From a virus (lineage: Duplodnaviria > Caudoviricetes), in IMG/VR virus record IMGVR_UViG_3300015370_001134, positions 6,521-70,520 of that record: 64,000 nt of DNA; one strand, 5' to 3'. How positions within the stretch are numbered: position 1 is the stretch's first letter; the number at the start of each line of letters is the position of its first letter. Below the pieces are notes generated by a model. That model saw nothing but the letters and a program-made list of their open reading frames with translations, searched no databases and was not told where the DNA came from. The translations under genes and the position numbers were made by a program. Positions 39,801 through 47,299 of this stretch are shown piece by piece.

Positions 39801-40543
39801 TCTGTAGCAACATCAAGGTTATCACAGATTTCTTTCAACCTTTCCACCATTATGGATCGATCAATGCAGTTATAAAACTGGGCGATATCAAGACTAATTA
39901 TATATATATGATCTTTAGTCTCATGGCTCTCTGCTGCGTAATTGCCGAAAAAGACTGGACGTTTCAAAAAATATCTGTAATCAGTAAAGAACTTCCTATA
40001 CGTTTGATAGTTCCCCCAACGGAACCATGCCTCATCATCTTCCCAATCGCAAACCAATCTATTTCCATAGCTGTACACGCCCTTGTCTTGGGCCTTTAAA
40101 AAATCTTGCTCACCACAATTCCCCTGAACTGTTTCGACTGAATCTGCAAGACATAACATTGCAGCCGTTGTCAAAGTCTGGTCTCTAATTGTCAAATGTG
40201 CTAGTGGTCGGATTGGTGGTTTGTCTTTTTTAATACTATTTTTATCTTTTTGCTCTCGAATCCAACCTTCCTTTTGATCAACTATCCATCTTTGGCTTTT
40301 GGGAGCCGGGACCAACTCCATTTTATAAGGAATAAAATCAGATTGAGATACCATTTTACCCCAATTAGAAGCATTTGACTCCAACCCAAGAGCTGAAATA
40401 TCTAAGGCCAATGTATCAGCATACCAGTTGTGCGATCTCATATATGCATGAGTTTTTTTCCACGCCTGAGCAATGACAACTTCATCAGTCAAATATTCTA
40501 TTCTGGGTCTTAAGTTTCGATACTTAGGATCAATTAAGCGCAT
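36821..40543 (-). CDS. Reverse transcriptase fused to a C-terminal nitrilase domain (DRT type 1 / UG1-like)
   Basis: RT motifs LPQGLVAAGFLAN and YCRYVDDLRL; nitrilase triad FPEV (E), QGKAHP (K), AICYD (C); 1240 aa. Confidence 0.85.
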   Translation of the reverse strand: MRLIDPKYRNLRPRIEYLTDEVVIAQAWKKTHAYMRSHNWYADTLALDISALGLESNASNWGKMVSQSDFIPYKMELVPAPKSQRWIVDQKEGWIREQKDKNSIKKDKPPIRPLAHLTIRDQTLTTAAMLCLADSVETVQGNCGEQDFLKAQDKGVYSYGNRLVCDWEDDEAWFRWGNYQTYRKFFTDYRYFLKRPVFFGNYAAESHETKDHIYIISLDIAQFYNCIDRSIMVERLKEICDNLDVATDCEQFWQSIQNITNWNWNKTAKVKAKRIGINLGKGLPQGLVAAGFLANSYLINFDEFVGSKIGNNLPQLEGVVLHDYCRYVDDLRLVISTNEASSIEQVTKNINNWINQELKKRGGQELSLNNDKTQIISLVDLDSSGSLSGRINQLQKEISGPVDRDTLDGAISILEGLLTTQTDGLPSDLDSLSDAPLLRVAKFDHDVRPDTLKRFAANRLEILMRNKRRLGEREDPNNEKSMGSIDNESELLAKKLIWSWIQDPSLSLVLRKAFEIYPTPQLLEPVLKSLYERCSFSGKNRKDIDQINSCLSDYVLADIFRFCIEFKSYYERIQYPDSADPSGMLGIAGHYAQKAISSSKLPIFVQRQALLLLAVLEKSVPLDDSEETIQHTLHKILAGKPIEWKSQKLALFEIAGQISGTPSIIARQLFGIIEEFDETELSKIIDELAKRGGDLWGFFWSQINKSDDFIEISKKFEWARPYKPSTVSRFAKQRLSQLIFSESNGFVHEAAFLKLSLELLTLYEEKQNVLGLSPSQLFVRPKPGGKGLATDWKEIWVPGCQIEVSKDTAKILKDPRFSTPPWLSDTPGADVIYWIGSILRAVVIGKDDYTGNRWKSGKINGYKGLRTNWYKRRMGMMHAPEALVGDYATLSTWASEFLMICLQWPGFESTHIREDSLKTIYDLESCRIVIENQISLLNDFHCEASKMPVVITKIKRPNKSNNAHFRLVTVQQLLPKTKDFSDSDPTLSSSPVKERNRDHLAKICSLTYKTLICKAGTEKEKRPAFADLIVFPEVAIHSDDQDILKRLADKTRSMIFAGMIFIDSDGKLVNKARWLIPDYRESGRQWVIRDQGKAHPTLVEKELGVSSFRPCQHIIEVEGISKDPLKITGAICYDSTDLKLASDLKNKSHLFVIPAHNKDVRTFDAMVGALHYHMYQHIVVVNKGQYGGSTMQAPYKESFERLISHAHGVDQISINVADLDLDVFHRKVKNGKAIKTPPAG

Positions 40544-40576
40544 TTTTTAACCTTAATAATTTCAGCAATGATTTTA

Positions 40577-41449
40577 TTATCCACTCTCAACACTCTTAAG
40601 AGTCCTACCGTCCTGGGTTTTCCATTCTTTCAATCCATTCGCATTTCTACCCATTATTACAGCAGCAGCCAAAGATGGACTGGAAAACAAATAATCCTCA
40701 ACAAAAAGGTATTGATCATCCTTTTTTTCAATTATCTCTTCTTTTATAAGTCTACTTCGAAGATTTTTTAACGACGGTGAAAATGACTTGACATAATCAT
40801 CCGCAATTCTAGAATTTTGCAGCACTAAAAAGCCATCATTGTTTTGCTGCCCTATTGCATCCGCACCCCTTGCGGCTTTTATAAATAGCAAATTGTCATC
40901 ATTCTTCTTATTTACAATATTTCTTAACGATTCAAAAATTTTATAACCCAAAATAGAAACCATCATCTTTGCATTCTCGATAAATTCTTCCATTTCTGCT
41001 ATGTCTGGCTCAGAGATAGAAGATAGAGTTGGAACTGAATTGTTTAGAATTGAAAATCTGTTCGCATCAATTGCAATATTGTACATTTTATGTTCAACAT
41101 ACTTTATATGCGCCTTATTCAGGTTATCGTCCTTACTAATAAGGACAATGGCTTCATGCCAAAAGTCCTTTTCCCTTAGATGTTGGGCCAACCTTTTGAA
41201 AATATTCTCTGCCTCACCGAGATAGGCAACGCCTTTTTTTGAATTATCTTCTGTTTTTCCAAACAGAATGTATACTCCTGTGCCATTGAGTTCAGGCCTA
41301 TCAGAACAATCTTTTACCAAGCTCCTTGGAATTTTATATGCCTTCCCAGACCAGTTAGATAATTCACAAGCCATTCTCCCGTCTGAAGTACCATCCATTA
41401 AAAATATTCTTATTGTTTTTCCGAATTTTTTGTCATTCATGTTTAACAC
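40577..41449 (-). CDS. GIY-YIG nuclease-like protein with C-terminal DUF4357 domain
   Basis: GVYILFG...AYLGEAENIFKRLAQH; C-terminal DYLFSSPSLAAAVIMGRNANGLKEWK. Confidence 0.82.
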   Translation of the reverse strand: MLNMNDKKFGKTIRIFLMDGTSDGRMACELSNWSGKAYKIPRSLVKDCSDRPELNGTGVYILFGKTEDNSKKGVAYLGEAENIFKRLAQHLREKDFWHEAIVLISKDDNLNKAHIKYVEHKMYNIAIDANRFSILNNSVPTLSSISEPDIAEMEEFIENAKMMVSILGYKIFESLRNIVNKKNDDNLLFIKAARGADAIGQQNNDGFLVLQNSRIADDYVKSFSPSLKNLRSRLIKEEIIEKKDDQYLFVEDYLFSSPSLAAAVIMGRNANGLKEWKTQDGRTLKSVESG

Positions 41450-41481
41450 ATCCTTTGAGTGAGGAATTGGCTCTCATGAAT

Positions 41482-41497
41482 ATCAACGACAGTGCCA
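41482..41497 (-). promoter_or_regulatory. sigma54 (-24/-12) promoter for the defence operon
   Basis: TGGCAC-TGTCG-TTGAT vs consensus TGGCAC-N5-TTGCW (C->A at -12), in the 51-bp gap after the activator gene. Confidence 0.6.
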
Positions 41498-41500
41498 AAA

Positions 41501-43045
41501 CTATTTTAAACCGTGCTTGATCAGCCAATTGGTTAATGTCTGGTAACTTGGCAAACCCAATAACTCAGAGGTCTTTTTCTTATTTCCATGTGTTTTTTCA
41601 AGACCTCTTTCAAGATAGTGAACTGTCACTTTTTTTAATATTTCTGGAAGATTGATTCCGTTATCCAAGGATTGATTAAGAATCATATCATTTCCCTTGA
41701 TATTACCAGGTATCGGAAACAATGCTTCTCTAATATCTTTTTCACTCACCTTATCATCTATTGACCAAACAGCAGCCCTCACCAAAGTATTTTGCAATTC
41801 TCTGACATTTCCGGGCCAGGGGTGTTGAAGCAGAAGATTTTTTGCCGATGCAGAAATTTTCTTATGTATATAACCTGGTTCATTCTTGCTTTCCGAATTA
41901 ATCTGCTCCAAGAACCTATCAATCAGCAGGCTTATATCTCCAGATCTCTCCCTTAATGGGGGCAAATTAATCACTCCTACAGCCAAACGATAAAAAAGAT
42001 CTTCCCTGAATAAACCCTTTGCCACTTCATCAATAAGTTTTCTATTGGTAGCCGCAATAATTCTTACGTCTATTTTTATTGCCTGAGTTGAGCCAATCCG
42101 TTTTACTTCACCTTCCTGGACTGTTCGCAATAACTTAACTTGCATCTCCAAAGGCAATTCACCTATTTCATCTAAAAAAATAGTACCCAGATGGGCAGCT
42201 TCAAAGTGGCCTATCCGCTTTGAAACTGCCCCGGAAAAAGCACCTTTTTCATGTCCAAACAATTCGGACTCAACCAACTCTTTGGGAATTGCCCCGCAAT
42301 TAATGGAGATAAAAGACTTTTCTCGGCGAGGGCTGGCATCATGGATGGCATGGGCAAATAATTCTTTACCGGTACCCGATTCCCCTTCGATTAACACAGG
42401 TATTGATCGGGGTGCAATCCGCCTTGCTTTAAGCACCACATGCTGCATTTCCTCACTGCGGTAAATTATGTCTTTAAACTCTGGTGCTTCTTTCGGTAGA
42501 CCAGCAGCAAGCTTTTCAAGGGTTCTATCCGATTTTTGAAGTAAATCGGGTAAAAAATCTGCGGAAATATCAAACGGGATTGAGGTTGTTTGAACTCCAT
42601 ATTCTTTTGAGGATTGAATAATTTCAGCAGGGAATCGAGTTTTCGACAATATTATCCATACAGCAGCCATATGAGAAGTGCCAGGACTTATATGAAAAGT
42701 AAGATTTGCATCTTTTCCATGCCTCTTCAAAATGTCTTCTACAGACCTGACAGCCGATTGATATATTTCAGAAAATACCGTTGGACCAGACATTATTTCA
42801 GGGTACACCTTGATGGGGATATCGGTTTTGCCTTTTATCCAACCTACATAAGACTTGGTCTCTTTGGGTTTCAAGTCACTGACCAAACAAACTTCATCAT
42901 ATTTTCTGGAAGTTACAGCCCGGGCGATCGGTCCTAAGCCAACATCCATCTTACCATTAGAGGCATCTAAATCCTTGAATCCAATCCAGCATGTTAATAT
43001 ATTCTTCATAAACATCTTCATATAAATTAATTTATGGAAACACAA
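41501..43045 (-). CDS. sigma54-dependent enhancer-binding protein with N-terminal CARF/RtcR-like domain
   Basis: GESGTGKE, GAFSGA loop, FLDEIG, FREDLFYRL, WPGNVRELQN, C-terminal Fis HTH; N-terminal LTFHISPGTSHMAAVW; the true start may be 43009. Confidence 0.85.
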   Translation of the reverse strand: MCFHKLIYMKMFMKNILTCWIGFKDLDASNGKMDVGLGPIARAVTSRKYDEVCLVSDLKPKETKSYVGWIKGKTDIPIKVYPEIMSGPTVFSEIYQSAVRSVEDILKRHGKDANLTFHISPGTSHMAAVWIILSKTRFPAEIIQSSKEYGVQTTSIPFDISADFLPDLLQKSDRTLEKLAAGLPKEAPEFKDIIYRSEEMQHVVLKARRIAPRSIPVLIEGESGTGKELFAHAIHDASPRREKSFISINCGAIPKELVESELFGHEKGAFSGAVSKRIGHFEAAHLGTIFLDEIGELPLEMQVKLLRTVQEGEVKRIGSTQAIKIDVRIIAATNRKLIDEVAKGLFREDLFYRLAVGVINLPPLRERSGDISLLIDRFLEQINSESKNEPGYIHKKISASAKNLLLQHPWPGNVRELQNTLVRAAVWSIDDKVSEKDIREALFPIPGNIKGNDMILNQSLDNGINLPEILKKVTVHYLERGLEKTHGNKKKTSELLGLPSYQTLTNWLIKHGLK

Positions 43046-43175
43046 GAAAATTTATTGTGGTTTTTCATTTCTTTTCAGATAGTTACTTAATCCAAACAGA
43101 AACAAACCTTTTTAATTCAACAATTTCAGCATATTAGAACAGTTAACTTTGCCTTTCCATTGTATCATTTCAGTT

Positions 43176-43191
43176 TGGCACCATTTGTGCT
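43176..43191 (+). promoter_or_regulatory. sigma54 (-24/-12) promoter divergent from the activator
   Basis: TGGCACCATTTGTGCT: exact GG-N10-GC spacing, upstream of a small GIY-YIG ORF. Confidence 0.55.
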
Positions 43192-43244
43192 CAATAGGCT
43201 GTCGTAAGTCAAGGAAACAAACCCATAAAAGAAAGGAAAGTGAA

Positions 43245-43589
43245 ATGACAACGAATCCTCCGACAAGCGAACCCGCAGCTAAATCGTCACATCAAACAGA
43301 AAGGGATCACAACATGTCTACAAAAAAAATAAAATTAACTATAACGGAAATTGAAAATCTTAAAAACGATAAGCCGGTAGTTTACACAATCAAATCAGCA
43401 TCTGGTTTAAGCACATATGTGGGGATTGCCCAAACTGGCATGTTGAAGGCTCGGATTGCAGAACATTTTCAGGATAACTCAAATAATTTTTCAGGCGCTA
43501 CCGTTGAAATTGTGCATGCTGATAGCATGGAAGAAGCAAAACGGAAAGAATCCGAAATTTTAAAAAATAGTTGCTCTTATGCAGACTGA
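43245..43589 (+). CDS. Small GIY-YIG-like protein
   Basis: VVYTI...TYVGIA...KARIAEH...E motif; alternative start at 43314. Confidence 0.6.
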   Translation: MTTNPPTSEPAAKSSHQTERDHNMSTKKIKLTITEIENLKNDKPVVYTIKSASGLSTYVGIAQTGMLKARIAEHFQDNSNNFSGATVEIVHADSMEEAKRKESEILKNSCSYAD

Positions 43590-43761
43590 AAAGCAAATAA
43601 GAAAACTTCTATTTTAAAGGAGAAATAACAACTCAAAAACTTACATCTTTTTATCAGTCATTAAATATTCTTCCTATTATCATCCCGAAATTATTTGAAA
43701 AACAAATTAATATAATGATCAAAGAAGTGCTTTTACTTTTGACAAAAGGAAGGAGAAATAA

Positions 43762-44232
43762 ATGAAAAAAATTATCAGTGGCGTCATATACGACACCAGC
43801 CATTCCGTATTGATTGTTGAGTCAGAAACCTACACGACTTTTTCTGGAAAGATACTGAGCCGTCTTTTCAAAACCCACGATGGGAAGTGGTTTCAAACAA
43901 TAAAGCCCAAAAAAGAAAATAAACACCAGTCATCAAACACGATTGGCCCAGATGAAGCAAAACAATGGTTGGAAAAACATAGTTTCAGCCTGGAATTGCA
44001 AATATACTTTAGCAGCGAAGATTATGGTTGTAAGCCTGATAGACAGGTCATGGTTGCAGAATGGACAGATCCCGCCTTTCCTGTCTCCATGGGTGGAAAA
44101 CAGGTTGAACGGTTGTATTATGCACCCGGTAACGAATGGATGTTATCTATAACCAGAGAGGCTGAGCTTATACCGATTCGTAAAGAAGAACTGTCAGGGC
44201 TTCTGAAAACTCAGCATTTTCAAAAACAATAG
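43762..44232 (+). CDS. Hypothetical protein
   Basis: RBS AAGGAG; GVIYDT...LFKTHDGKWF. Confidence 0.65.
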   Translation: MKKIISGVIYDTSHSVLIVESETYTTFSGKILSRLFKTHDGKWFQTIKPKKENKHQSSNTIGPDEAKQWLEKHSFSLELQIYFSSEDYGCKPDRQVMVAEWTDPAFPVSMGGKQVERLYYAPGNEWMLSITREAELIPIRKEELSGLLKTQHFQKQ

Positions 44233-44303
44233 ATCCTTGACCATTGCCGATTGGGAATCTTCTCTCTATGAAGACATCCATTTTTAATTACAGGAGAAAA
44301 AAT

Positions 44304-44675
44304 ATGCCACAAAAAGACTACAGCGCTTCTTTTTCAGATGAGGGGTTCTGGAAAAAAATCACTTCAATGCCCGGCAATGCAGGTTGTTCAATAATTAAAG
44401 CCGGGATCAGTTTGTATGTTTTATTACGGGAATCAAAGGTTCCAATCTGGGCAAAAATAGCTATAATTGGTGTCCTTGGGTATTTTATATGCCCCTTTGA
44501 TGTGCTGCCTGACTTTATGGCTGGCATAGGATATACTGACGATTTGGCTTTAATGATGCTGCTTTTAGGGCAGCTGTATGCTTATATGAATGATGATATC
44601 CAAAATAAAATCCAATCCTTAATGCCGGAAGACTGCCGCACCGCCCCCATAGTGGAACCGACATATAAATCTTAA
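44304..44675 (+). CDS. YkvA / DUF1232 family membrane protein
   Basis: LGYFICPFDVLPDFMAGIGYTDDL; start refined (RBS AGGAG). Confidence 0.85.
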   Translation: MPQKDYSASFSDEGFWKKITSMPGNAGCSIIKAGISLYVLLRESKVPIWAKIAIIGVLGYFICPFDVLPDFMAGIGYTDDLALMMLLLGQLYAYMNDDIQNKIQSLMPEDCRTAPIVEPTYKS

Positions 44676-44720
44676 AAAAAAGAATCCCAAACCATTGATA
44701 GCGCTGGGATTCTTTTTTTT
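44674..44720. terminator. Bidirectional terminator
   Basis: AAAAAAAAGAATCCCA...TGGGATTCTTTTTTTT between convergent genes. Confidence 0.75.
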
Positions 44721-45325
44721 CAGGATTCAGATTTTTCAGCAGAATTTCTTTTATCCCTTATCTTTTTCAATCTTTCCTCAGCAGCCACAGCAATATAATC
44801 AGTAAGGCTGACCTCTGTCTTTTTCAATGAATCAATTTTTCCCAACAATGTATCCCAAACCCCCAACTGCATTAACGCTGGTTGTTTCTGCAAGGTTACC
44901 ACAACACCCTCCGCTTTCAAAATCGCACCAAGATAACCATGGTTATTGCTCGACTGACCACTGTATAGATTTTGTAAGGCAACTGCTCGGAAGGATTGTT
45001 CCTTAATATTATCCAGTATGGATCGAATTTCATTCAGAGCAATCCAGTTATGATTAAATGCCCCACTGCTATGGTTTCCGGCAATGCGTATGTATGATTC
45101 ATCAGTGACATCATTGACGCCAAGCTCATATTCAAGATCGCCCTGCCCTCGGGAAGTCAGCTTTGGGCAACGTCCATGGTAAAGAATTCTGATAATGATT
45201 TCAGTATCCAGCTGATCCTGGTTTTCTATTGCTTGTGTAGAAGCAGTTGTCTTTGTTTCCGTTTCTGACGTGTCTACCGTTTCTTCTGCCTTTCCAGTGC
45301 TGATTTCTTTTTTGGGCCTGCCCAT
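44720..45325 (-). CDS. Hypothetical protein
   Basis: Start refined to MGRPKK (RBS AAGGAG). Confidence 0.65.
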   Translation of the reverse strand: MGRPKKEISTGKAEETVDTSETETKTTASTQAIENQDQLDTEIIIRILYHGRCPKLTSRGQGDLEYELGVNDVTDESYIRIAGNHSSGAFNHNWIALNEIRSILDNIKEQSFRAVALQNLYSGQSSNNHGYLGAILKAEGVVVTLQKQPALMQLGVWDTLLGKIDSLKKTEVSLTDYIAVAAEERLKKIRDKRNSAEKSES

Positions 45326-45558
45326 AATGCTCTCCTTTGTATATTGATTGAAATTAAACCACATTGAATCACGGAGTCTTTCCGGCAACGCCATGATCTC
45401 TATCATAATAATATTTATTTCAATTGATTATAGTTACGCTGTAGTAAGCCTTCTTGACGTATTAAAACCTCTTTTAAACAAATATTATTTCATTAGAAAT
45501 ATATTTTAGCGAAGGCCTCCCATGACAACCCATAAGGAGGCCTTAAAGGAGGGAGTCT

Positions 45559-46047
45559 ATGCGTGAAAAAACAGAATTCTGGAACGATTTAAAATCAGGT
45601 AAGTTTGCGTCAATGGTCAAGGAATCTGCCAAGGGACATAAGCTTGCCACGCCTGAAGAAGTTTACAATACCATAAAACCATTGTTTGCCGACCAGGATG
45701 ATGTGGAAACCTTTTACTGTATCTTCCTGAACGCCAAAAATAAAATCCTGGCAATAGAAAAGATGTTTTCTGGGACCATATCCACTTCCAGTGTATATCC
45801 CAGAGAAATAATCAAAAAGGTCCTTACCCATAAAAGTACGGCTGTGGTACTTGCACACAATCATCCTTCAGGCGATCCCGAGCCATCCAGTTCAGATTAT
45901 GCCATTACAATCAGGATTGGAATTGCCCTGGAAAGTATTGGTGTTACTGTTCATGATCATCTCGTTGTTGCAGATGGCTATTACAGCATGGCCAGCTCTG
46001 GAAAATTAAAAACAATACAGGACAAAATTTCAGAAATCACTCTCTGA
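45559..46047 (+). CDS. radC: RadC-like JAB domain protein (short, mobile-element type)
   Basis: VYPREIIK, LAHNHPSGDPEPSSSD, VHDHLVV. Confidence 0.9.
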   Translation: MREKTEFWNDLKSGKFASMVKESAKGHKLATPEEVYNTIKPLFADQDDVETFYCIFLNAKNKILAIEKMFSGTISTSSVYPREIIKKVLTHKSTAVVLAHNHPSGDPEPSSSDYAITIRIGIALESIGVTVHDHLVVADGYYSMASSGKLKTIQDKISEITL

Positions 46048-46260
46048 TTTTAGCTTTTCATTATGTAAAATCTTTTAGAAATGCAGACACCCTCCTGTAG
46101 GAAAAATATTCTATGAGACAGGCCCCGGATCTTTTCTATGATCCGGGTATATGGTTCTACCCTACTGAGGGCACATTTTAAATTTAAGAAAACATTACGA
46201 TTTAACAAAAACAGGTCAGATCCTTTCAGGGTCTGGCCTTTACTATTTACAGGAGGGGTT

Positions 46261-46659
46261 ATGAGAATTGTAAGAGAAATAATTGCATTTGAAGAGGTGG
46301 TTGATGAATTCATGGATGTCGGAGAAGACATAACTGACCTGTCTCTTATCCGGATGTCGTTTATTAAAGACACTCACTATGACAGCTTTGAACTCAGCAT
46401 GGAAATCTTTGGTGGTGGTGATCCTGATGAGGTGGGACCAGTTCTGGAATTATACATAGATTTGGACTCATTGATAACAGAAGAACAGCTATTCCAGGGA
46501 ATTGAAAAACACAAGATTCCCACCCTGTTCGATCCGGATCTTCTTGAAGAATTGATCGGAAGAAATGTCCCGATCAAATGGAATGAGGGAGATGAAACTC
46601 AAGACTGTATTGATCTTTCGGCTCCTGAAGATGGGTTTTTGCTGGCCATGCTAAGGTGA
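46261..46659 (+). CDS. Acidic hypothetical protein
   Basis: RBS AGGAGG before ATG at 46261. Confidence 0.6.
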   Translation: MRIVREIIAFEEVVDEFMDVGEDITDLSLIRMSFIKDTHYDSFELSMEIFGGGDPDEVGPVLELYIDLDSLITEEQLFQGIEKHKIPTLFDPDLLEELIGRNVPIKWNEGDETQDCIDLSAPEDGFLLAMLR

Positions 46660-46698
46660 CAGGAATCCTTTGTAATTTTAATCGATAGGAGGAAACCA

Positions 46699-47016
46699 AT
46701 GTGGAATACACCCGCACAGAAAAGGCTTGATGAGATACCAAGGCTGTATGAAACGGAAAAGGTACCCTTGGAAAAGAAAAAGGTGTACCTGCACTTTTAC
46801 ATTTTCGACTGCGATTGGTTTATCATTGAATTTGATGGAGATGACCTGTTTTTCGGATATGCCATTTTGAATGGCGACATGGAGTGCGCAGAATGGGGGT
46901 ATATCTCATTCAATGAACTTAAGGGCATCAATATCCATTCTGTTGAAATTGAATGCGAATCAGAAATATCCTGGCGAATCAGACCGGTGTCAGAGGTTGA
47001 AAAAATTCAGATGTGA
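46699..47016 (+). CDS. DUF2958-like protein
   Basis: IPRLYETE, CDWFIIEFDGDDLFFG, EWGYISFNEL. Confidence 0.7.
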   Translation: MWNTPAQKRLDEIPRLYETEKVPLEKKKVYLHFYIFDCDWFIIEFDGDDLFFGYAILNGDMECAEWGYISFNELKGINIHSVEIECESEISWRIRPVSEVEKIQM

Positions 47017-47299
47017 TCATTTCTATCCCCTTATCTCCCCTACCCCCGAATATCAGCCAAACCTCAATTCATAAAAATAATTTTCAATAAGGAATCGGGT
47101 CAATTTTTCAAGGAATCATTTTCAGAATCCTGGAAGGAAATACCGGATTAATACCGGACGGTTTAACCCGGTAAACGAACATTTAATTAGGACAAGAGAT
47201 CTCGGTGAGAGAACAAAGGACTCCCTCACCGACGATCTCAGTTCCTGTAATCTCAATTTTCATTATTCCACCTGAAAAAATCATAGGAGAAAAACAATC

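Noticed and set aside
36821-40543. Group II intron or DGR reverse transcriptase
   Set aside because: No intron RNA flanks, maturase/HNH tail or template/variable repeat pair was seen; the nitrilase fusion points to UG/DRT.
28113-40576. Retron Ec78-type (RT + msr/msd + PtuAB) interpretation
   Set aside because: The RT is a 1240-aa nitrilase fusion, not a ~300-aa retron RT; only 33 bp lie upstream, so there is no msr-msd; and hsdRMS separates it from the ATPase/HNH.
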